Both the position numbers and the translations under genes were made by a program. A DNA stretch of 35,140 nt from Escherichia coli. Its GTDB lineage: Bacteria; Pseudomonadota; Gammaproteobacteria; Enterobacterales; Enterobacteriaceae. The stretch lies in NCBI RefSeq assembly GCF_003334405.1, contig NZ_QOWM01000027.1; one strand, written 5' to 3'. The notes under the pieces were generated by a model. It was not told where the DNA came from. It did no database searches and was given only the letters and a program-made list of their open reading frames with translations. Shown piece by piece: positions 17,333 to 26,691 of this stretch (within the stretch, counting starts at the first letter, position 1; each line of letters begins with the position of its first letter).

Positions 17333-17848
17333 CCGCTGACACAGGTCTGCGGCTGGAATTGCCTGATGCGCTACGCTTATCAGGCCTACGAGTTCAGTGC
17401 TCTACGTAGGCCGGATAAGGCGTTCACGCCGCATCCGGCATAAACTACAGCTGGCAGACAGCCGCTGCGAAGGCATTTTTGCACATGGCGTTGGAGGAAT
17501 GCGCGGTTGTTGGCGGGAATGAATCACGGTAGCCGCTGACACAGATCAGCGGCTGGAATTGCCTGATGCGCTACGCTTATCAGGCCTACGAGTTCAGTGC
17601 TCTACGTAGGCCGGATAAGGCGTTCACGCCGCATCCGGCATAAACTACAGCTGGCAGACAGCCGCTGCGAAGGCATTTTTGCACATGGCGTTGGAGGAAT
17701 GCGCGGTTGTTGGCGGGAATGAATCACGGTAGCCGCTGACACAGATCAGCGGCTGGAATTGCCTGATGCGCTACGCTTATCAGGCCTACGAGTTCAGTGC
17801 TCTACGTAGGCCGGATAAGGCGTTCACGCCGCATCCGGCATAAACTAA
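17249..17848. repeat. Three tandem 200-bp repeat units, each = last ~84 bp of cynR + a small hairpin + a REP pair
   Basis: ctggcagaca at 17251, 17451, 17651 and gaatcacggtagccgctgac at 17321, 17521, 17721 (period exactly 200). Units 2 and 3 are identical; unit 1 (the functional cynR 3' end) differs at ~7 positions. Confidence 0.9.
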
Positions 17849-17868
17849 GCTCGCTGTAACCCAGTCGT

Positions 17869-19152
17869 TCAACGTTTGTAATCGATGGCTTCTGGCTGCT
17901 CCAGATATACGGTGGTTTGTGCCGGTTGTGTGCTGGCAATCACCTTGCCGCCACGTACCGAATAACGTACCGGAACCTGACGGCGCAGCGCATCAAACCC
18001 ATTTTCAGCCGGCAGGATAATCAGGTTGGCGCTGTTTCCGGCGGCAATGCCGTAATCCTGCAAATTCAACGTCCTTGCGCTGTGGTGGGTGATTAAATTC
18101 AGGCCATCGTTAATCTGCCCGTAGCCCATCAACTGGCAAACATGCAGCCCCATATGCAGCACTTGCAGCATATTCGCCGTTCCCAGCGGATACCACGGAT
18201 CGAAGACATCATCGTGACCAAAGCAGACGTTAATGCCGGACTCCAGCATCTCTTTAACGCGCGTGATGCCGCGACGTTTTGGATACGTATCGAAACGTCC
18301 TTGCAGATGAATATTGACCAGCGGGTTGGCGACAAAGTTAATACCGGACATTTTCAGCAAGCGGAACAGGCGTGAGGTATACGCCCCGTTATAGGAGTGC
18401 ATTGCCGTGGTGTGGCTGGCGGTGACTCGCGCGCCCATGCCTTCATGGTGCGCCAGGGCAGCAACTGTTTCGACAAAGCGCGACTGCTCGTCATCGATCT
18501 CATCACAGTGAACGTCGATGAGACGGTCGTATTTTTGCGCCAGGGCGAAGGTTTTATGCAGCGACTCCACGCCGTATTCACGGGTAAATTCAAAATGCGG
18601 AATCGCCCCCACTACATCTGCCCCTAAGCGTAACGCCTCTTCCAGCAACGCTTCACCGTTGGGATACGACAAAATCCCTTCCTGAGGGAAGGCGACGATT
18701 TGCAGATCAATCCACGGCGCGACTTCCTGCTTCACTTCCAGCATTGCTTTCAGCGCAGTTAGCGTTGCATCCGAAACATCGACATGGGTACGCACATGCT
18801 GAATGCCGTTGGCAATCTGCCATTTCAGCGTTTGCCATGCGCGTTGTTTCACATCGTCATGGGTTAATAACGCTTTGCGCTCGGCCCAGCGTTCAATGCC
18901 TTCAAACAGCGTGCCGGACTGATTCCAGTTCGGTTGTCCGGCGGTTTGCGTGGTGTCCAGGTGAATATGTGGCTCCACAAACGGCGGTATAACTAAACCT
19001 TGTTCGGCATCCAGGCTGTTTTCAGTTATGGGCATCACGCCGGATTGCGCATCAATGGCGCTGATTTTTCCGTCCTGCAGATGAATCTGCCACAGCCCCT
19101 CTTCGCCTGGTAACCGGGCGTTAATAATTGTTTGTAAAGCGTTATTCGACAC
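17869..19152 (-). CDS. codA: Cytosine deaminase
   Basis: Recognised 427-aa protein begins (GTG start at 19150..19152) [37 protein letters not shown]...; amidohydrolase HxH motif ([10 protein letters not shown]); ORF-track entry extended 5 codons to an upstream ATG. Confidence 0.9.
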
Positions 19153-20401
19153 TGTTAGCCTCCACATGCGTCATTGCTGCTGTCGTTTTACGATTCAAAA
19201 TCGGGTTAAGGATCAGATAGCTCAGCGCGCCACCTAATACCGCGTTGACCGGAACAATTCCCGGTAACCAGTGGCCTGCAGCAATCCCCAAGGCGACCGC
19301 CAGAATCGCCACCCAATTGACACTCATCATACGCGTGGTCGCAAAGTGCTCATAGCGGCGACGGTTCATCAGATAGTCGGCGATGATCACGCCACCCACT
19401 GGAGGAATAGCTGCCGAAAGGAAGGTCAACCAGCCGACAAAATTGTTATACAGCCATAATGCGCAGACCGTACCGATAATACCGTTGATTACCGAAAGGG
19501 TTTTGCTCGACATCCCGGTAATGTTGGCGAAACCTAAACCCGACGCATAGAGTGCGTTATCGTTGGTGGTCCAGATATTCAGCCCCAGCACCACAATCGC
19601 AGGCAGCAGCAGGCCCTGAGCAATCATCACATCAGAGATATCCGCCATGCCCAGTGCCGCAGCGCCCGCTGCACCGAAAATAAACATCAACGAGTTGCCG
19701 AGGAAAAAGGCCACCATCGCCACCAGCACCGCCAGTTTGGCATTGCGACCAAACCGGACAAAGTCAGCGGTGAGCGTACCCGCACTGATAAATGACCCCA
19801 CAACCAGCGCCAGCGCGACATTGAAATCTAACGGTTGTGCGGGAACGACCGCTTTTAATGCGTCCAGGCCGCCCATGCCGTTAACAGCCAGCCACACGGA
19901 ATAACCGCCCAGGCAGGCGATAGCCGGAACCGCAATCACCGAAAGAACCGTCAGCGCCGAAATGCCAAAAAAGACGGTGACGGTCATCAGTAAACCGGAA
20001 ACGGCAATCAGCAAATTAATATCCAGCCCGGTTGCCTTACCCACCGGAATGGCAAACATCGCCACACCGACGCCAAACCAGCCAACCTGAGTTCCGCCCA
20101 GTAGCAGTGAAGGCAGCCATGAGCCTTTAACACCAAACGAGAAGCGAGCAAGAAGATGAGTGGTCAGGCCGGTTTTTGCGCCAATGTAACCGAGAAATGA
20201 AGTGTAAATACCGAGGAGAAGATTACCGATGAGAACTGCGAGGAAGAAATCATGATAGCTAAGACCGGTTCCGAGAGTGCCGCCGGTCCACATACTGGCG
20301 GAAAAGAAGGTTAATCCCAGCATGACGAACGTCAATGCCAATACCCCTTTCCGCGCCGACTGCGGGACTGGCCCCTGGCTAAAGTTGTTATCTTGCGACA
20401 C
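19142..20401 (-). CDS. codB: Cytosine permease (NCS1 family)
   Basis: 419-aa [44 protein letters not shown]...; first codon is GTG (cac on + strand at 20399..20401); 11-nt overlap with codA. Confidence 0.93.
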
Positions 20402-20467
20402 GAAATTCCCCCTTTTTGCTGTTTGAAACCCAAAAAATCCGCCGCATTCTATTCATCTGAAGATAAA

Positions 20468-20483
20468 AAGCAATCGTTTTCGT
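20468..20483 (-). promoter_or_regulatory. Candidate PurR box upstream of codB
   Basis: Minus strand reads ACGAAAACGATTGCTT, close to the PurR operator consensus ACGCAAACGTTTTCTT; 67 bp upstream of the codB start. Confidence 0.55.
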
Positions 20484-20553
20484 GGGGAAATATATTTTTT
20501 ATATGAATGAGTGCAAAAAGGTGGGGGAAAAATTATCGGTGTAAAAACAGTGG

Positions 20554-20632
20554 GTAGGCCTGATAAGACGCGTCAGCGTCGCATCAGGCATCGGCACACA
20601 GTGCCGGATGCACCGCGCGACGCATCCGACAA
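20554..20632. repeat. REP pair between prpE 3' end and the codB promoter
   Basis: gtaggcctgataagacgcgtcagcgtcgcatcaggc ... gccggatgcaccgcgcgacgcatccgac, abutting the prpE stop codon. Confidence 0.8.
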
Positions 20633-20636
20633 TAAC

Positions 20637-22522
20637 CTACTCTTCCATCGCCTGGCGGATCTGATCCAACGACGCAGGATCATCAATGGTCGTCAGATCT
20701 CCAGGATCGCGTCCTTCGCAAATCGCCTGGATCGTGCGGCGCAGCATTTTTCCGGATCGCGTTTTTGGCAATTGCGAGACAAACCAGACGTGCGCCGGGC
20801 GGCCAAAGTTGCCAATCTGGCTGTCCACCAGCGCCATAATCGCCTTCTCTTGCGAGTGCGCCACATCACGATCTTCCAGACTGTCGCTCTCTTTCGGAAT
20901 GACAAACGCCACCGCCACCTGCCCTTTCAGCGCATCTTTCACCCCAACCACCGCCACTTCGGCAACGCCCGGATGGCTGGAGATACTCTCTTCAATCTCG
21001 CGCGTCCCCAGCCGATGCCCGGCAACGTTAATTACATCGTCAGTGCGCCCGAGAATAAAGTGATAACCGTCAGCGTCACGGATGCCCCAGTCAAAGGTGG
21101 CGTACACCGGGCGGGAAAACAGCGACCAGTAAGTCTTCACAAAGCGGCCGTCGTCGCCCCAGATGGTCTGAATACACCCCGGCGGCAGCGGCCCTTCCAC
21201 CACCAGCATCCCTTTCTCGTTGACGCCACACGGTTCGCCGGTGACTTCATTAAGCAACTGCACGTTATAGCCATACATCGGCACACCGGGGCTTCCCAGA
21301 CGCGTCGGCCTGTCGTCCAGACCGCGAGCAATCGCCATAATCGGCCAGCCGGATTCGGTCTGCCAGTAGTTGTCGATGACCGGCACATCCAGCGTATTGC
21401 TCACCCAACTGGCGGTCGGCTCGTCCAGCGGTTCTCCAGCCAGATAGAGCACTTCCAGCGACGAGAGATCGTGTTTGCGAATTTCAGCGGTAGGGAATTT
21501 TTTCAGCACGCGAATGGCGGTCGGCGCTGAGAACATCCGGCTAACCTGATATTTCTCGACGATTTTCCACCACACGCCGCAGTCCGGCCAGGTCGGCAAT
21601 CCTTCGTAAACGATAGTCGCCATCCCCGCCAGCAGCGGCGCGTAAACGATATACGAATGCCCCACCACCCAGCCGATATCCGATGCGCAAAAGAACACGC
21701 TGCCCGCTTTGCCGCCAAAAATGGTGTCCATCGAGGTCGCCAGCGCCACCGCATATCCGCCGACGTCACGCTGCACGCCTTTAGGTTTGCCGGTCGTGCC
21801 GGAAGTGTAGAGAATGCAGGAGGTTTCGTTGGATTCCAGCCACGCCACCGGTACCCGCGCGCCGATGTGTTGATGGCGCAACGACGCGAAATCGACATCC
21901 CGCCCGCTGACGCGCGCCATTTTCGCCAGCCCGCGATCCACCAGCAAAACATGGCGTGGCTGGTGCTGCGCCTGACTTATCGCATCGTCGAGCAATTTTT
22001 ATAGGGAATGATTTTGCCACCGCGCGCTCCGGCATCAGCCGAGACAATCAGCACCGGTTTAGCGTCATCAATTCGCGCCGCCACGCTGTGCGAGGCAAAT
22101 CCACCAAACACCACCGAGTGAATAGCGCCAATGCGCGCGCAGGCCAGCAGAGTAATATGCGCTTCGGCAATCATCGGCATATACACCAGCACCCGATCGC
22201 CGCGCTGCACACCCAATGAACGCAACATTGAGGCCACCGCGTTCACTTCGTCATGCAGCTGACGAAAGGTAAAGGTGCGCTCTTCTTCTGTTTCCGAAGA
22301 GACGGCAATCAGCGCCAGCGCCTCTGGCTGTTTCTCCAGCCAGCGGTCGATGGCGTTGTGGCACAAGTTGGTTCGGCCTTCACAAAACCAACGGGCAAAC
22401 GGCGGATTGCTGTGATCGAGCGTTTGCGTAAAGGGCGTCTGCCAGTCAATACGCCGGGCCTGCTCGGCCCAGAACTGCTCCGGTTCGTTAATCGAACGCT
22501 GATAAAATTCGCTAAAAGACAT
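20637..22522 (-). pseudogene. prpE: Propionyl-CoA synthetase gene interrupted by a frameshift (two ORFs: 21977..22522 and 20637..21995)
   Basis: N-terminal ORF MSFSEFYQRSINEPEQFWAEQARR... ends ...GGKIIPYKNCSTMR-stop; the downstream ORF continues LDDAISQAQHQPRHVLLVDRG... with the AMP-binding motif YTSGTTGKPKG. The frames differ by one nucleotide at an A5 run (T5 at 21996..22000 on +). Confidence 0.8.
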
Positions 22523-22561
22523 AATGCTCTCCTGTTGAACTTACGCCTTACCGCCGTTTAC

Positions 22562-24013
22562 TTAAATGACGTACAGGTCGAGATACTCATTGACCGGCAT
22601 CTGTTCCAGGCGAGCTCTGTCGAGAGAAACCTCCAGAATGCGCTGCTGTTGGCGAGTCGGGAACTGGCGCGCGAGATTGATTTTGAATTTATCGACCAGT
22701 TTCGGAATACCATCCTGACGGCGGCGAGCATGACCAATGGGGTACTCCACCACCACTTCTTCAAATCGTGTGCCGTCGGTGAACTCAAGGGTAATGGCAT
22801 TGGCGATGGCGCGTTTTTCCGGGTCGTGGTAGTCAGCGGTAAATGCCGGATCTTCAAAGCAATTGATCTTCTCGCGCAGGGCGTCAATGCGTTTATCTTG
22901 CGCAACGTTGTCCTCGTAATCTGCCGCCGTTAAGCGCCCGAATAGCAGCGGGATCGCCACCATGTACTGAATGCAGTGATCGCGGTCTGCCGGGTTATTG
23001 AGCGGCCCTTTTTTGTCGATGATGCGAATACAGGCTTCGTGGGTGCGAATGGTCACTTTTTCGATATCCGCCGCCGTTTTGCCTGCTGCCTGCATCTGTT
23101 CATAGAGCGTCATCGCTGCTTCAACTGCCGTCTGGGAGTGGAACTCCGCCGGGAAGGAGATTTTGAACAGCACATTTTCCATAACGTAGGAACCGTACGG
23201 GCGCTGGAAGCGGAACGATTCACCTTTAAAGGAGACGTCGTAGAAGCCCCACACCGGCGCAGTCAGGGCTGACGGGTAACCCATTTCGCCCGTTTTCGCC
23301 ATCAGTGCCAGACGTACCGCGCGGGAAGTGGCATCGCCTGCCGCCCAGGATTTACGCGTGCCGGTGTTCGGCGCATGGCGATAGGTGCGCAGCGACTGAC
23401 CGTCCACCCACGCCAGCGAAACGGCGTTGAGAATTTCCTCGCGGGTCAGGCCGAGCATTTCGGCGACCACGGCGGTGGAAGCCACTTTCACTAACAGAAC
23501 GTGGTCGAGGCCGACGCGGTTAAAGGAGTTTTCCAGCGCGATGCAGCCCTGAATTTCATGGGCTTTGATCATTGCGGTCAGCACCTGTTTCATGGTCAAC
23601 GGCGCTTTGCCGCTGGCGACCGCGTTGCGCGAAAGCCAGTCCGCCGTTGCCAGAATGCCGCCGAGGTTGTCGGAAGGATGGCCCCACTCCGCCGCCAGCC
23701 AGGTATCGTTGAAATCGAGCCAGCGGATCATCGCGCCGATGTTAAATGCCGCCTGGACGGGGTCGAGCTGGAACTGAGTTCCGGGGACGCGCACGCCGTT
23801 GGGTACGACGGTGCCGGGAACAATTGGCCCCAGCAGTTTTTTACAGGCCGGGTATTCGAGAGCTTCCAGACCGCAGCCGAGCGTGTCGAGCAGGCAGTAA
23901 TGTGCGGTGTCGTAGGCCACTTTAGAGCTGATTTCGTAGTTCATGACGTAATCGACGATATCAACGATTTCACGATCAAATTCCGGGCGGATGTTGTTGA
24001 TTTGAGCTGACAT
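22562..24013 (-). CDS. prpD: 2-methylcitrate dehydratase
   Basis: 483-aa [62 protein letters not shown]... Confidence 0.95.
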
Positions 24014-24046
24014 TGGGTACGTTTCCTTATTGTTATTCGTAGAGGT

Positions 24047-25216
24047 TTACTGGCGCTTATCCAGCGCGACAAACGGGCGGTCTTCCGGTCCAACATAATT
24101 GGCGGAAGGACGGATAATTTTGTTGTCCTGACGTTGTTCGATAATGTGCGCCGCCCAGCCGGTGACGCGGGCGATAACAAACAGTGGTGTGAACATCTCG
24201 GTGGGAACGCCCATCATGTTGTAGGAAACAGCAGAGAACCAGTCGAGATTGGGGAACATCTTTTTGCTCTCCCACATCACCGTTTCCAGGCGATCGGCGA
24301 TGTTGTACATCTTCAGCGAGCCGCCTTCCTGCGAGAGCTGCTTCGCCACACGTTTAATCACCTGGTGGCGCGGGTCAGCGATGGTGTAAACCGGATGACC
24401 AAAACCAATGACCACTTCTTTGTTTTCCACGCGCTTGCGGATATCTGCTTCGGCTTCGTCCGGCGTTTCGTAGCGTTGCTGGATCTCCAGCGACACTTCA
24501 TTCGCCCCGCCGTGTTTTGGCCCGCGCAGTGCGCCAATCGCGCCAATAATCGCGGAATACATATCAGAGCCGGTGCCCGCAATCACCCGACTGGTAAAGG
24601 TGGAGGCGTTAAACTCGTGTTCGGCGTACAGCACCAGCGAGATATGCATCGCCTTTTCCCAGCTTTGCGATGGCTTTTCGCCGTGCAGCAGATGCAGGAA
24701 GTGACCGCCGATGGAGTCGTCATCGGTTTCCGGTTGGATGCGTTCGCCGTTGTGGCTGTAGTGATACCAATAAAGGAGAATCGAGCTAAGCGACGCCAGC
24801 AGTTTGTCGGCAATATCCCGCGCGCCAGAGACGGTATGCCCCTCTTTTTCTGGCAGCGTGCAGCCGAGCGCGGAAACACCGGTGCGCATAACATCCATCG
24901 GGTGCGACGCCGCCGGTAAGGCTTCCAGCACGGTACGCACGTTAGCCGGTAAACCGCGCAGGGCTTTCAGTTTCGTTTTGTAAGCGGCGAGTTCGTCACG
25001 GGTCGGCAGTTTGCCGTGGATCAGCAGATGCGCCACTTCTTCAAATTCGCAATGTTTCGCCAGATCAAGAATATCGTAGCCGCGGTAATGCAGGTCATTG
25101 CCACTTTTACCCACGGTGCAGAGCGCCGTATTGCCCGCCGGAACGCCAGAAAGTGCCACAGATTTTTTCGGTTTAATGACATGGGTACTGTTTTGCAGGA
25201 TCGTTGTGTCGCTCAT
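24047..25216 (-). CDS. prpC: 2-methylcitrate synthase
   Basis: 389-aa [56 protein letters not shown]..., citrate-synthase family. Confidence 0.95.
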   Translation of the reverse strand: MSDTTILQNSTHVIKPKKSVALSGVPAGNTALCTVGKSGNDLHYRGYDILDLAKHCEFEEVAHLLIHGKLPTRDELAAYKTKLKALRGLPANVRTVLEALPAASHPMDVMRTGVSALGCTLPEKEGHTVSGARDIADKLLASLSSILLYWYHYSHNGERIQPETDDDSIGGHFLHLLHGEKPSQSWEKAMHISLVLYAEHEFNASTFTSRVIAGTGSDMYSAIIGAIGALRGPKHGGANEVSLEIQQRYETPDEAEADIRKRVENKEVVIGFGHPVYTIADPRHQVIKRVAKQLSQEGGSLKMYNIADRLETVMWESKKMFPNLDWFSAVSYNMMGVPTEMFTPLFVIARVTGWAAHIIEQRQDNKIIRPSANYVGPEDRPFVALDKRQ

Positions 25217-25257
25217 GTTGTCCTCGTCATTGTTATCATTTGTAGGGTCGAGATTGT

Positions 25258-25536
25258 TGTCGGATGCGACGCTATGCGTCTTATCCGACCTACAGTTCAG
25301 TTCACCCCGTAGGCCTGATAAGTCGCGTCAGCGGCGCATCAGGCATCGGTTGTCGGATGCGACGCTATGCGTCTTATCCGACCTACAGTTCAGTGCACCC
25401 CGTAGGCCTGATAAGTCACGTCAGCGGCGCATCAGGCATCGGTTGTCGGATGCGACGCCATCCGTCTTATCCGACCTACAGTTCAGTGCACCTCGTAGGC
25501 CTGATAAGTCGCGTCAGCGACGCATCAGGCATCGGC
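25258..25536. repeat. REP/BIME array: three tandem 93-bp units in the prpC-prpB spacer
   Basis: tgtcggatgcgacgc at 25258, 25351, 25444; each unit carries two REP palindromes (ggatgcgacgctatgcgtcttatccgacctac / gtaggcctgataagtcgcgtcagcggcgcatcaggc); units differ at a few positions. Confidence 0.9.
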
Positions 25537-25562
25537 TGTCGAATACAATCAACGGGCGTTTT

Positions 25563-26453
25563 TTATTTCACCTGGCTACGGGCAAACAGGTTGTCGAGCT
25601 TCTCTTCGTACTGGTAGTAGTTGATGCTTTCGTACAGCTCGTTGCGGGTCTGCATGGTGTCGATGACGCTTTTCTGCGTGCCTTCCTGGCGCAGGACGTT
25701 GTAGACATGTTCAGCGGCGCGGTTCATGGCGCGGAACGCTGAAAGTGGGTACAGCGCCATTGCGACATGGGCGCTGCGTAATTCGTCGGTGGTAAACAGC
25801 GGCGTGGCACCAAATTCGGTGATGTTGGCGAGGATCGGCACCTGCACCGCATCGGCAAACTGGCGGTACATGGCGAGTTCGGTAATCGCCTCCGGGAACA
25901 ACATCTCGGCACCCGCTTCAACATAGGCCTGCGCACGCTCGATCGCCGCATCCAGCCCCTCTACCGCCAGAGCATCGGTGCGCGCCATGATCACAAAATC
26001 AGGATCGGTTTTCGCATCCACCGCCGCGCGGATCCGATCCACCATCTCTTCTTTCGAGACGATCGCTTTATTCGGACGATGACCGCAGCGTTTCGCACCA
26101 ACCTGATCTTCAATATGCAATCCTGCCGCACCGGCTTTAATCATCGATTTCACGGTGCGCGCCACGTTAAAGGCCGAAGAACCAAAACCGATATCCGCAT
26201 CCACCAGCAGCGGCAGCGAACAAACGTCGGTGATACGGCGAATGTCGGTCAGCACATCATCAAGGGTAGAAATACCGAGATCGGGCAGCCCCAGCGAACC
26301 TGCCGCCACGCCACCGCCAGAAAGATAAATTGCCTGATATCCGGCACGCTGCGCCAACAGCGCATGATTAGCGTTGATGGTGCCAACAATCTGCAATGGA
26401 TTTTCTTTAGTCAGTGCAGCGCGAAACGCTTTACCTGGAGAGTGTAGAGACAT
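25563..26453 (-). CDS. prpB: 2-methylisocitrate lyase
   Basis: 296-aa [63 protein letters not shown]..., PEP-mutase/isocitrate-lyase family. Confidence 0.95.
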   Translation of the reverse strand: MSLHSPGKAFRAALTKENPLQIVGTINANHALLAQRAGYQAIYLSGGGVAAGSLGLPDLGISTLDDVLTDIRRITDVCSLPLLVDADIGFGSSAFNVARTVKSMIKAGAAGLHIEDQVGAKRCGHRPNKAIVSKEEMVDRIRAAVDAKTDPDFVIMARTDALAVEGLDAAIERAQAYVEAGAEMLFPEAITELAMYRQFADAVQVPILANITEFGATPLFTTDELRSAHVAMALYPLSAFRAMNRAAEHVYNVLRQEGTQKSVIDTMQTRNELYESINYYQYEEKLDNLFARSQVK

Positions 26454-26500
26454 AGCCCATCCTTTGTTATCAACTTGTTATTTGCGTTGATAAAGACAAA

Positions 26501-26516
26501 GCAAGGGGTGTGCCAC
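26501..26516 (-). promoter_or_regulatory. sigma54 (RpoN) -24/-12 promoter of prpBCDE
   Basis: Minus strand reads TGGCACaccccTTGCTT, matching TGGCAC-N5-TTGC; ends ~48 bp upstream of the prpB ATG; the neighbouring prpR encodes a sigma54 enhancer-binding protein. Confidence 0.8.
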
Positions 26517-26590
26517 AATTGCCTTAATAAAATTAAATGTTTAATTTCAATTTGTTAGAGATAAAGTCATGAACTAATCCGCAAATATGC

Positions 26591-26648
26591 GTTTCAGTTA
26601 ACGTTTCAGGCAATGTTTCACCGCGTTTCATTGCAACAATTATGAAAC
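26591..26648. promoter_or_regulatory. GTTTCA direct repeats plus an inverted repeat; candidate PrpR enhancer (UAS) in the prpR-prpB divergent region
   Basis: GTTTCA at 26591, 26603, 26615, 26625 (spacing 12, 12, 10 bp) followed by gtttcattgcaacaattatgaaac (GTTTCAT ... ATGAAAC); 75-150 bp upstream of the sigma54 promoter. Confidence 0.45.
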
Positions 26649-26691
26649 AAGACTAAACCCAATATTCGGTTTCTTAACTTTGCGGTGCGCT

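Noticed and set aside
17249-17848. Possible CRISPR array, given the regularly spaced repeats
   Set aside because: The units are 93-200 bp REP-containing segments with palindromic REP consensus, not 28-37-bp direct repeats separated by unique spacers; no cas genes are present. The same applies to 25258..25536 and 1..200.
21977-21995. Programmed ribosomal frameshift or transcriptional slippage as an explanation for the split prpE
   Set aside because: The site is only an A5 run (TAT AAA AAT), not a classic X XXY YYZ slippery heptamer, with no evident downstream stimulatory structure, and too short for efficient polymerase slippage. A simple 1-bp deletion or sequencing error is more parsimonious. 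Not fully excluded without experiment.
25098-25742. 214-aa + strand ORF with three 31-aa repeats ([31 protein letters not shown]...)
   Set aside because: The repeats are simply translation through the three 93-bp REP units between prpC and prpB; it also overlaps prpB antisense. A REP array, not a repeat protein.
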